Positions 28,799-37,632 of a stretch of 64,000 nucleotides of DNA are shown in pieces. The stretch is from an uncultured delta proteobacterium (GTDB lineage: Bacteria > Desulfobacterota > Desulfuromonadia > Geobacterales > Pseudopelobacteraceae). The stretch is from contig CAVYYZ010000011.1 of assembly GCA_963772835.1 (NCBI GenBank), positions 192,001 through 256,000 of the forward strand, in the 5' to 3' direction. How positions within the stretch are numbered: position 1 is the stretch's first letter; each line of letters begins with the position of its first letter. The notes under the pieces were generated by a model. The model searched no databases. It saw only the letters and a list, made by a program, of their open reading frames with translations, and had not been told where the DNA came from. A program made the translations under genes and the position numbers.

Positions 28799-30709
28799 AT
28801 GCAGGTAAAAAGCAGATTTAATTCAATTTATACTCTCTGGCTGATTATTATAACTTTTTCAATCGTAACCCGGACTATTCTGCTGGTAAAGTCGCTTCCC
28901 CAACTCGATCTGAATCCAATGCTGCTGCTGAAAATATATGCGGTCGGTTTCTTATTTGATTGTGTAACCTTTTCGTACAGTGCAATTCCGCTCGTATTGG
29001 TTGCGGTCATCCTGCCGGATAAAGTGTTCAACAGCACCTTGTCCAAGGTTTGTGCCTACACAGCAGGATTTGTCATTACGTACATGATGCTGTTCAACGT
29101 CGTTGCCGAATACACGTTCTTTGATGAATTTGCCACCCGCTTCAATTTTATCGCGGTGGATTATCTGGTATATACCAATGAAGTGATCAGCAATATCAGG
29201 GAGTCATACCCGGTCAATACAATCCTTATCGTGCTGCTGCTGTTGTGCCTATTTGTTTTCCTTCCCGTTAAGAAACATCTTTCACACTCCTTTTCATTCA
29301 AATCAAGTATCGGCAGTCGCCTGAGGAATGGCGGGGTACTGCTCCTCCTGCCACTGTTCTCGTTTGCCGCAGTTGATCTGTCACTGACACATATATCTCC
29401 AAACAATTATGCGAACGAGTTGGCCGGAAACGGCATATATTGTCTTTTTGCTGCGTTCAGAAATAATGAGCTGGATTTCAATAAATTTTACGTCAACAAG
29501 GACGATCAAACGGTGCTCACACGACTGAAAGTGATGCTGCAGGAAAGGAACAGCCGCTTTGAGTCTCAGAACGTCACTTCCGTTTCAAGAATCATACAGC
29601 CACGTGGAGCAGAAAAGCGATTGAACGTTGTTGTTATAGTTGAAGAGAGCCTGAGTTCAGAGTTTCTTACTTCATTCGGGAACAAAAATGGATTAACTCC
29701 GAATCTGGACAAGTTGGCCAGGGAATCGCTCTTTTTCACACATTTGTATGCAACCGGCACCCGTACCGTGCGCGGGTTGGAGGCTATTACGCTCTCCATC
29801 CCCCCGCTGCCGGGGACTTCAATCATTAAACGCCCCAATAATGAAAACTTTGTTTCCTGGGGTTCGATAATGAAGAAGAAGGGTTACGATAATAAGTTTA
29901 TTTATGCCGGGTACGGATATTTTGATAACATGAACTATTTCTTTGGAACGAACGGATTTTCGACGATTGACCGGACTAATTTTAACAAAAATGAAATAAC
30001 ATTTACCAATGCATGGGGGGTGTGCGACGAAGACCTGTTCTTGAAGGTCATCAAGGAGGGGGATGTATCCTATTCAAATAAAAAACCATTTTTCAGTGTC
30101 GTGATGACTACCTCGAATCACCGCCCATTTACGTATCCTGACGGCAAGATTGATATACCATCACATTCCGGCCGGAGCGGCGGAGTCAAGTATGCTGACT
30201 ATGCAATCGGACGCCTGCTGGCAGAGGCAAAAAAGAAACCCTGGTTCAATGACACCATTTTTGTCATTGTGGCAGATCACTGCGGAGATAGTGCCGCAAA
30301 GCTTGCTCTGCCGGTAAAAAATTATGAAATCCCGCTATTTATCTATGCTCCGTCAATCGTTAAACCGCAGGTCGTCGATCGAATGATGAGCCAGATTGAT
30401 GTCGCTCCAACAGTCCTCGGGATGCTCAACTTTACATACACCAGCGCATTTATCGGCAAGGATATTATGACCACAGAAAAGTGGAGTGAACGGGCGTTCA
30501 TATCGACCTATCAGAAAATCGGCTATATCCAGGATGACAAACTGTTGGTTCTCGGCCCTAAAAAAGAGGCCGATTACTTCAGCTTTGTCCGGAAAGACGG
30601 CGAGACGAACGTACTGCAACCCCGGGAGGATCTGCTATTGGACGCTCTTGCCTACATTCAGGGGACAAATTATATCTATAAAAACGGCTTGAATCGGCTG
30701 AAAAACTGA
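28799..30709 (+). CDS. LTA synthase/alkaline-phosphatase-superfamily membrane sulfatase
   Basis: About 5 N-terminal TMs. EESLS, catalytic T in GTRTVRG, SNHRPF, ADH. Confidence 0.88.
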   Translation: MQVKSRFNSIYTLWLIIITFSIVTRTILLVKSLPQLDLNPMLLLKIYAVGFLFDCVTFSYSAIPLVLVAVILPDKVFNSTLSKVCAYTAGFVITYMMLFNVVAEYTFFDEFATRFNFIAVDYLVYTNEVISNIRESYPVNTILIVLLLLCLFVFLPVKKHLSHSFSFKSSIGSRLRNGGVLLLLPLFSFAAVDLSLTHISPNNYANELAGNGIYCLFAAFRNNELDFNKFYVNKDDQTVLTRLKVMLQERNSRFESQNVTSVSRIIQPRGAEKRLNVVVIVEESLSSEFLTSFGNKNGLTPNLDKLARESLFFTHLYATGTRTVRGLEAITLSIPPLPGTSIIKRPNNENFVSWGSIMKKKGYDNKFIYAGYGYFDNMNYFFGTNGFSTIDRTNFNKNEITFTNAWGVCDEDLFLKVIKEGDVSYSNKKPFFSVVMTTSNHRPFTYPDGKIDIPSHSGRSGGVKYADYAIGRLLAEAKKKPWFNDTIFVIVADHCGDSAAKLALPVKNYEIPLFIYAPSIVKPQVVDRMMSQIDVAPTVLGMLNFTYTSAFIGKDIMTTEKWSERAFISTYQKIGYIQDDKLLVLGPKKEADYFSFVRKDGETNVLQPREDLLLDALAYIQGTNYIYKNGLNRLKN

Positions 30710-30984
30710 GATTAATTGCTTATCCACCAGGCTGTTGTTTCGGGAGAAGCGGAACCGGCAGGGTAATAAGCATCGCGAACTCAATTTCTTCTTTGCTAAG
30801 GAACGCGTACCAGATATCTGCAGCGCGGGTGGTTTTTGCCGCATCGTTCTGAATTGTATCGGAGACGATGAAAAATCGATGTAACGGGGGAATCCTGATA
30901 TTGTAAACCGGTGTTGCGGCTCGTTTTGTTGCGAAAATATATTGCAATTAAGCCAGGAAATGTGATATTTTTAGATGTTAGTGG

Positions 30985-31020
30985 ACCACAGAGCTCACCA
31001 TGCCCTGTGGTTTTTTATTT
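30985..31020 (+). terminator. Terminator-like hairpin in the leader of ABC-F gene 1
   Basis: accacagagc-tcaccat-gccctgtggt plus TTTTTATTT, ending about 25 nt before the ATG. Confidence 0.65.
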
Positions 31021-31045
31021 CCATTGAAGAGGAGCACCATACAGC

Positions 31046-32683
31046 ATGATTGCAGCATCCAATATAACCCTTTCCTACGGTAAGCGGGTTCTTTTCAAAG
31101 ATGTCAACATCAAGTTCACTCCGGGTAACTGCTACGGACTGATCGGCGCAAATGGAGCGGGAAAATCGACTTTTCTCAAGATTCTTGCCGGTGAACTCGA
31201 TGCCGATAAGGGGGAAATCGTTGTCGGTCCCCGTGAACGAATAGCCGTTCTCCGTCAGGATCAATTCGCGTTCGACGACGAAACCGTCTTCAACACGGTC
31301 ATAATGGGACATAAACAGTTGTATGATGTCATGGCCGCGCGGGAGGCAATTTACTCCAAAGCTGAATTCAGTGAAGCGGACGGGGTGCGGTCAGCCGAGT
31401 TAGAAGGCGAATTTGCCGAAATGAACGGGTATGAAGCCGAATCCGAGGCAGCCGTGCTTTTAAACGGACTCGGTATATCCGAAGAACTGCGGACGAAACA
31501 GATGAAGGATCTTGAGGCTGGTGACAAGGTCCGCGTGCTGTTGGCGCAGGCTCTCTTTGGCAATCCTGATGTGCTGCTGTTGGACGAGCCAACCAATAAT
31601 CTGGATCTGAAGTCAATAAATTGGCTTGAAGAGTTTCTGTTCCGGTTTCCCAATACCGTCATTGTTGTTTCACATGACCGTCATTTTCTGAATCAGGTAT
31701 GTACGCATACTGCTGATATTGATTTCGGGCGGATTCAGATATATGTCGGCAATTATGATTTCTGGTACCATGCCAGTCAATTAAACTTAAAGCAGAAACA
31801 GAACGAAAACCGGAAAGTATCTGAAAGAGCTGATGAACTTAAAGCTTTTATCCAGCGTTTCAGTTCCAATGCATCCAAGGCAAAGCAGGCGACGTCACGC
31901 AGAAAACTGCTCGATAAACTTACCATTGAAGATATGCCGACTTCATCCCGTAAATATCCGCATGTGGTCTTCAAGCCGGAGAGAGCCTGCGGAGACATCA
32001 TACTGGAAATTCAGGGGCTTACCAAGGACATTGACGGAGTCAAGGTGTTGAATAACTTTGACCTGATAGTGCGCAAGGGGGATAAAATTGCTTTTGTCGG
32101 GGGTAATACTCTTGCCCGCACAACTCTTTTTCAGATCCTGGCCGGTGAACTGGAACCGGACAGCGGCAGTTTCCGCTGGGGTATTACCATTACCAGTGCT
32201 TATTTTCCGAAGGAAAACAGCCAGTATTTTGAGCGTGAAATGACGCTCATTGAGTGGTTGGGACAGTATTCACCGCCTACGGAGGGCGAAACCTTTGCCC
32301 GCGGCTTTCTTGGCAGAATGCTGTTCTCGGGCGAAGAGGCCATGAAAAAGACTACCGTGCTTTCTGGTGGCGAAAAGGTTCGCTGCATGTTGTCGCGCAT
32401 GATGCTGACCGCCGCCAATGTGATTATTCTTGATGAACCAACCAATCATCTGGATCTTGAATCGATCACAGCTCTGAATGACGGACTGATTGCTTTCAGT
32501 GAAGTTGTCCTGTTTGCGTCACATGATCATGAATTCGTCTCAACAGTTGCCAGCAGAATTATTGAAATTACTCCGGGAGGCGTTATCGACCGGACGATGG
32601 GGTTTGAAGAGTATCTGGATAATACTGATGTGTCGCGGGAGCGTGACGAACTATACCATGGTCATGCAGACTTGAGTCTGTAA
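31046..32683 (+). CDS. ABC-F translation factor (YbiT/YkpA-like)
   Basis: Two ABC cassettes (GANGAGKST; a degenerate second Walker A GGNTLARTT), an interdomain linker and no TM. Confidence 0.92.
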   Translation: MIAASNITLSYGKRVLFKDVNIKFTPGNCYGLIGANGAGKSTFLKILAGELDADKGEIVVGPRERIAVLRQDQFAFDDETVFNTVIMGHKQLYDVMAAREAIYSKAEFSEADGVRSAELEGEFAEMNGYEAESEAAVLLNGLGISEELRTKQMKDLEAGDKVRVLLAQALFGNPDVLLLDEPTNNLDLKSINWLEEFLFRFPNTVIVVSHDRHFLNQVCTHTADIDFGRIQIYVGNYDFWYHASQLNLKQKQNENRKVSERADELKAFIQRFSSNASKAKQATSRRKLLDKLTIEDMPTSSRKYPHVVFKPERACGDIILEIQGLTKDIDGVKVLNNFDLIVRKGDKIAFVGGNTLARTTLFQILAGELEPDSGSFRWGITITSAYFPKENSQYFEREMTLIEWLGQYSPPTEGETFARGFLGRMLFSGEEAMKKTTVLSGGEKVRCMLSRMMLTAANVIILDEPTNHLDLESITALNDGLIAFSEVVLFASHDHEFVSTVASRIIEITPGGVIDRTMGFEEYLDNTDVSRERDELYHGHADLSL

Positions 32684-32721
32684 CTGAAGTATTTCAATTT
32701 CATCATTTCGATGCTGAATAT

Positions 32722-32757
32722 AGAAAGGGGGGCGGTAGATATCGCCTCTTTTTTTTG
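32722..32757 (+). terminator. Terminator after ABC-F gene 1
   Basis: aaaggggggcggt-agat-atcgcctcttt plus T run. Confidence 0.7.
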
Positions 32758-32835
32758 TGTATAAATTCAGGGAAAAGATGTAGGATATAACAACGTATTA
32801 CTATTAATGAGAATCCGTGTCTGGAGGATATTAGA

Positions 32836-34125
32836 GTGAATAAATTGTTAATCAGAATGCTTGTAATCGTACTCACCGTATCGGTATTAACGGTATGTTA
32901 TATATCGGTCTCAGTGGCGTCAGACTCCGGGATAGTAAAAATCGGCCTCAATTATCCCGAAACCGGGCCGTATGCAAAACAGGGGCTTGATCAGAAGCGT
33001 TCTGCCGAACTTGCGGTCGAAGAGATAAATGCTTCGGGAGGCATCCTGGGGAAAAAAGTGCAGCTGGTAATGCGCGATACCAAATCCAATGCCAAGATAG
33101 CCAAAGGAAATGCTGTCGAGCTGTATGATAATGAAGGAGTACCGATGATTCTGGGAGGCTCCTCAAGCGCAGTTGCAATTGCAACCGGAGAAGTAGCACT
33201 GCAGAAAGACAGACTGTTTTTTGCAACTCTTTCCTACTCAACCGAAACAACCGGTGAATACGGGCACCGACATATATTCCGTGAATGTTTCGACGCCTAT
33301 TTTGCGGGGAAAGTAATGGCTAATTATCTTAATAAAAACTTTAAAGGCAGGAAATATTTTTATATAACCGCAAATTATACCTGGGGTTGGACAACCGAGT
33401 CCGTGCTGCGCACTTTTACGGACACCAAAGACACAGTTAAATATCCTGAAGTTCTTACTGAACTGGGAGCCAAGGATTTTAAAGCCGCTCTTCTTGATGC
33501 CAAGGCCGCCGGTGCCGAGGTTCTGGTATTGTCACTATTCGGACGCGATATGGAGATTGCTGTCAAACAGGCTGACGAAATGGGGCTCAAGAACAGAATG
33601 CAGATTATTGTCCCCCAGATGAATGAGGATATGGCCCAAGGGGCCGGTCCGGAAGCAATGGAAGGGATTGTCGGGGCAACCCCATGGATGTGGAGTGTAC
33701 CCTTCAAATATAATTACCCTCGGGGTATTGCGTTCGTAAAGAAATTCGAGGAGCGTTTCAACCGTTATCCGACGACATCCGGTGCTTCTGCCTACGTCAT
33801 TATGCATGAATATAAAGCGGCCGTTGAGCAGGCGAAAACCTTCAATACCAAGGCTGTTATTTCTGTTCTAGAAGGGCGAAAGTACATCGGGTTGAAAGAT
33901 GAACAGCAATGGCGCAAATTTGACCATCAGTCGATTCAGACGGTGTATGCGGTCAAAGTAAAGCCTGCAGCCGAAGTGAAAAAGAGCAAGTACCAGATGG
34001 ATTATTTTGATATCATTGCCACAATGAAAGGCGAAGATGCAGCCGTTGACTTTAAAGAATGGAATGAGATCCGCGATATGGTGAATATGAAGCCAGAGCT
34101 CGAGGAGTATTCTCCTTCAAAGTAA
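32836..34125 (+). CDS. Orphan periplasmic binding protein, LivJ/branched-chain amino acid type
   Basis: Signal peptide. VKIG..PETG..AVEEINASGGILG and GGSSSAVA. No permease genes adjacent. Confidence 0.85.
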   Translation: MNKLLIRMLVIVLTVSVLTVCYISVSVASDSGIVKIGLNYPETGPYAKQGLDQKRSAELAVEEINASGGILGKKVQLVMRDTKSNAKIAKGNAVELYDNEGVPMILGGSSSAVAIATGEVALQKDRLFFATLSYSTETTGEYGHRHIFRECFDAYFAGKVMANYLNKNFKGRKYFYITANYTWGWTTESVLRTFTDTKDTVKYPEVLTELGAKDFKAALLDAKAAGAEVLVLSLFGRDMEIAVKQADEMGLKNRMQIIVPQMNEDMAQGAGPEAMEGIVGATPWMWSVPFKYNYPRGIAFVKKFEERFNRYPTTSGASAYVIMHEYKAAVEQAKTFNTKAVISVLEGRKYIGLKDEQQWRKFDHQSIQTVYAVKVKPAAEVKKSKYQMDYFDIIATMKGEDAAVDFKEWNEIRDMVNMKPELEEYSPSK

Positions 34126-34163
34126 CGGTGTGTGTTATTTAAACACGTACAGTTCGATAATCA

Positions 34164-34237
34164 TTGCTCGACAGACGGCAGTAATGTAATATGCCACCGT
34201 AAACCAGCCACAGGGTTATCCGCCCTGTGGTTTTTTA
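34164..34237 (+). promoter_or_regulatory. Promoter immediately followed by a terminator-like hairpin
   Basis: TTGCTC-17 bp-TAATAT (34164-34192), then gccacaggg-ttatccg-ccctgtggt plus TTTTT (34207-34236). Confidence 0.55.
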
Positions 34238-34252
34238 TGCCGTGGAGATGTC

Positions 34253-34690
34253 ATGATTTCCCCTTCAGCACTGACAATTACCTGGATACAGCCTGAACTC
34301 GAAGAAGAACGCTGGGAGTTTTTTAATCATCCAGCCAAGCAGGAGTGGTACCGCTTTTATGCCGTCACATGGGAGAAGATTGAAACCGGCTTTTTAGGCG
34401 GGTCTCTTGTCGGATGGCCGCGTGCTGCGACTATCGGGGAAATCCCGGTGGCGCATTCATACCACCGCTATGAAGACTATCAGACTTTCCTCGCCAGAGC
34501 GAAACGGGGCTACCGTAAAAATTATTCCCGCATGGAAGATGCGCTGCAAAGTACCGGTTCCCTGACCCTCACGGCTCCGATAGTTCTATGCAGCAACGGG
34601 GAGGGGCTGCTCTTCTCCGGTTACCGGAGACTCTGCCTCGGTTGGAATTATGGGATGGTGCCGTATGTATGGCTGGTGCAACTTGGGTAG
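34253..34690 (+). CDS. Hypothetical protein, possible ParB/sulfiredoxin-like fold
   Basis: GGAG SD. C-terminal APIVL...LLFSGYRRL resembles the ParB/Srx PI-x-GxRR motif. Confidence 0.6.
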   Translation: MISPSALTITWIQPELEEERWEFFNHPAKQEWYRFYAVTWEKIETGFLGGSLVGWPRAATIGEIPVAHSYHRYEDYQTFLARAKRGYRKNYSRMEDALQSTGSLTLTAPIVLCSNGEGLLFSGYRRLCLGWNYGMVPYVWLVQLG

Positions 34691-34725
34691 ATACATACCT
34701 ATACAGAATTACAGGAGTTTTTGAT

Positions 34726-36354
34726 ATGATTCAATTGTCTAACATATCCCGACAGCATGGTTCACAGATTCTGTTTCGGGACGCATCCTGCCAGATTCTG
34801 CCAGGAACGCATACCGGTCTGGTCGGGCCGAACGGGGCGGGAAAGACGACGGTCTTCCGCATAATTGCCGGCCAGGAGGAACCTGATGCAGGTGAAGTCA
34901 TCCTCCCCAAAAAGACATCAATTGGATACTTTTCCCAAGATGTCGGCGAAATGTCGGGGCGGACAGCACTGGAAGAGGTTATGGCCACCTGTGGGCCGAC
35001 CGTACAGCTGGCTGCGGAAATGAAGGTGATGGAGGAGGCGATGTGTGAGCCTCAGTCCGATGACCAGATGGCTTCGTTGCTTGAGCGCTATGGTACGGCA
35101 GTTGAAGAGTTTGAACATATGGAGGGATATGATCTGGATTCACGGGCTCAGGCTGTTCTAACGGGGCTTGGGATAGGACCTGATCGCTATAATCATCCGG
35201 TAGAATCGTTCAGCGGCGGTTGGAAGATGCGTATTGCGCTGGCCAGTATTTTAACCCTCAAGCCGGATGTGCTGCTTCTCGACGAACCAACCAACCACCT
35301 TGATGTCGAATCGATCATCTGGCTGGAGGAGTGGCTTTCAAGTGAATTCAAAGGTGCGCTCCTGATGACCAGCCATGATCGCGACTTTATGAACCGGGTT
35401 GTAACCCGGATCATTGAAGTTGCCAACAGTACGGTAACAACCTACGGTGGGAACTATGATTTCTATGAGCGAGAACGGGATATCCGGCTGGAACAGTTGA
35501 TCGCTTCTCACAAGCGTCAGCAGGATATGCTGGCCAAGGAAGAGGAGTTCATCGCCCGCTTTGCGGCTAGAGCATCTCATGCCGCCCAGGTTCAATCCCG
35601 GGTCAAGAAGCTGGAGAAAATCGAACGGATTGAAATTCCTGCCGAAGAGAGAACGGTACGCTTCGGCTTTGCTGACCCGCCTCGCAGCGGTGATGACGTG
35701 GCCGCTTTTGAAGGTCTGGGCAAGTCCTGGATAACGCCGGACAGCCAGGAGAATCCTGTCTTTCATGGAGTTTCAGGCATGGTTAAGCGACTTAATAAAA
35801 TCGCTGTCGTAGGAGTGAATGGCGCCGGGAAATCGACGTTTCTCAAGATACTGGCGGGACAGACCGATCCAACTGTCGGAACCATGACGATCGGTGCCAA
35901 TGTTGAAATCGGATATTTCAGCCAGCACGCCATGGAACTGCTGGACCCAAGGAAGACAATCTTCGAAACCATGCAGGATTATATGCCTCTTGCCACAATA
36001 GGTACAATTCGAAACCTGCTCGGCGCTTTCCTTTTCTCGGGTGACTCAGTGGATAAACGTATTGAAAACATCTCGGGTGGTGAGAAGAGCAGGGTGGTAC
36101 TTGCTACAATTCTGGCCCGCCCGGTAAATTTTCTAATCCTTGACGAACCGACTAATCATCTTGATATACGATCACGCGAAATGCTCCTGGAAACACTTAA
36201 AAACTTCGGTGGAACGATAGTTCTCGTTAGTCACGACCGACATTTTTTGCGATTGCTGGTCGATCGTGTTTTTGAGGTTGATCATGGCGAGATGCGGGTG
36301 TATGAAGGGACCTACGATTATTATCTTTCGAAGAGTCATCATACGGCAGGCTGA
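34726..36354 (+). CDS. ABC-F translation factor (second paralogue)
   Basis: GPNGAGKTT, FSGGWKMR, LDEPTNHLD twice, GVNGAGKST. No TM. AGGAG SD before the ATG at 34726. Confidence 0.92.
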   Translation: MIQLSNISRQHGSQILFRDASCQILPGTHTGLVGPNGAGKTTVFRIIAGQEEPDAGEVILPKKTSIGYFSQDVGEMSGRTALEEVMATCGPTVQLAAEMKVMEEAMCEPQSDDQMASLLERYGTAVEEFEHMEGYDLDSRAQAVLTGLGIGPDRYNHPVESFSGGWKMRIALASILTLKPDVLLLDEPTNHLDVESIIWLEEWLSSEFKGALLMTSHDRDFMNRVVTRIIEVANSTVTTYGGNYDFYERERDIRLEQLIASHKRQQDMLAKEEEFIARFAARASHAAQVQSRVKKLEKIERIEIPAEERTVRFGFADPPRSGDDVAAFEGLGKSWITPDSQENPVFHGVSGMVKRLNKIAVVGVNGAGKSTFLKILAGQTDPTVGTMTIGANVEIGYFSQHAMELLDPRKTIFETMQDYMPLATIGTIRNLLGAFLFSGDSVDKRIENISGGEKSRVVLATILARPVNFLILDEPTNHLDIRSREMLLETLKNFGGTIVLVSHDRHFLRLLVDRVFEVDHGEMRVYEGTYDYYLSKSHHTAG

Positions 36355-36405
36355 AGAGCAACCGGCGAAAAATAACTCCAATCGAGAATTGGAAAAAAAG
36401 GAGAA

Positions 36406-36573
36406 ATGATTTTTATGGCCAAGCCGAATTATTCATTTGAAAAGCGTAAGAAGGAACTGGATCGTCAGAAGAAGAAAGATGAGAAGAAGGCCCGCAAGGG
36501 TGAACAGAATGATGACGGTGCTGTGCAGGAGGAAGGTGCTGAAGGCAGCGAATCAGTAGCTGCACCGGAGTAA
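36406..36573 (+). CDS. Small charged protein (52-55 aa, MAKPNYSFEKRKKELDRQKKK...), missing from the ORF track
   Basis: AAGGAG SD, ATG at 36406 or 36415, TAA at 36571. Basic N-half and acidic C-half. Confidence 0.8.
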   Translation: MIFMAKPNYSFEKRKKELDRQKKKDEKKARKGEQNDDGAVQEEGAEGSESVAAPE

Positions 36574-36600
36574 CATCACACGTACTCAATATAAAGGTAG

Positions 36601-37596
36601 ATGTTTATGAATGAGAAGGCAAATATTGTAATTTTGGACGGCTATACGATCAACCCGGGTGATAACCCCTGGAATCTACTTGAGTCTTTGGGAAACTGTA
36701 TCATCTATGACCGGACTTCTCCGGAGCTTAAGATCGAACGCGCCCGCGATGCTGAAATTGTCCTGCTCAGCAAGGTGAAGCTGGATGAAGCTGCGCTGAA
36801 TGCACTACCGAAACTCAAATATATTTCAATGCTTGCCACCGGCTACAATAATGTTGATGTTGCGGCAGCAGGAAAACGCGGTATTACTGTTTCGAACATT
36901 CCGGCATATTCAACCGAGTCGGTTGCCCAGACAACCTTTGCGCTGCTTTTGGAGCTGGCCATGCATGTCGGTCTGCACGATGCCTCGGTAAAGGCAGGAG
37001 AGTGGATCAGTTGCCCGGATCATGCATACTGGAAGACGCCGCTGCTTGAACTGGATGGCCGGACTCTGGGTATCGTCGGTTATGGCACGATTGGTCAGGC
37101 TGTTGCGCGCATTGGAACTGCCTTTGGCATGAAGATTATTGCGTACGCTCCTCGTATTCCAAAGGAAGCCGGAACTGTCCCGGTCCGTTTTGTGGCTTTA
37201 GAAGAACTGTTTGCATCGGCGGACGCTATAAGTCTCAACTGTCCACAAACTGCCGACAATGGCGGGTTTGTGAATTACCGGCTGCTTGGCTTGATGAAAT
37301 CAAGTGCATTCCTGCTCAATCTGGCACGTGGCGGCCTGGTTAATGAAGCGGATCTGGCTCAGGCTCTGCGCGAAGGTAAACTGGCCGGTGCCGGACTGGA
37401 TGTTGTCGCCCACGAACCGATGCTGGCTGACAATCCTCTGCTGGGCGCACCCAACTGTATCTTTACGCCGCACATCGCCTGGGCTTCACTGGCTGCGCGT
37501 AAACGTTTGATGGGGATTGTTGCTGCTAACGTAGCGGCCTATTTGGCCGGTGTACCGGTGAATGTCGTAAACGGGCTGTATCTGAAACAGCCATAA
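36601..37596 (+). CDS. hprA: D-2-hydroxyacid dehydrogenase (glycerate dehydrogenase/hydroxypyruvate reductase type)
   Basis: ATGYNNVD, GYGTIG, NLARGG, TPHIAWAS. Confidence 0.85.
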   Translation: MFMNEKANIVILDGYTINPGDNPWNLLESLGNCIIYDRTSPELKIERARDAEIVLLSKVKLDEAALNALPKLKYISMLATGYNNVDVAAAGKRGITVSNIPAYSTESVAQTTFALLLELAMHVGLHDASVKAGEWISCPDHAYWKTPLLELDGRTLGIVGYGTIGQAVARIGTAFGMKIIAYAPRIPKEAGTVPVRFVALEELFASADAISLNCPQTADNGGFVNYRLLGLMKSSAFLLNLARGGLVNEADLAQALREGKLAGAGLDVVAHEPMLADNPLLGAPNCIFTPHIAWASLAARKRLMGIVAANVAAYLAGVPVNVVNGLYLKQP

Positions 37597-37626
37597 AAAA
37601 AGAGGGGGGCAGTGCCCCCCCTTTCT
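37597..37626. terminator. Bidirectional terminator between the convergent hprA and rhlB
   Basis: A-tract, gaggggggca-g-tgcccccc stem, then cttt. Confidence 0.75.
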
Positions 37627-37632
37627 GTACGA

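Noticed and set aside
30720..30947. 75-aa minus-strand ORF in the gap before ABC-F gene 1
   Set aside because: No SD or recognisable motif, and it overlaps promoter-like sequence. It could be a remnant but is unsupported.
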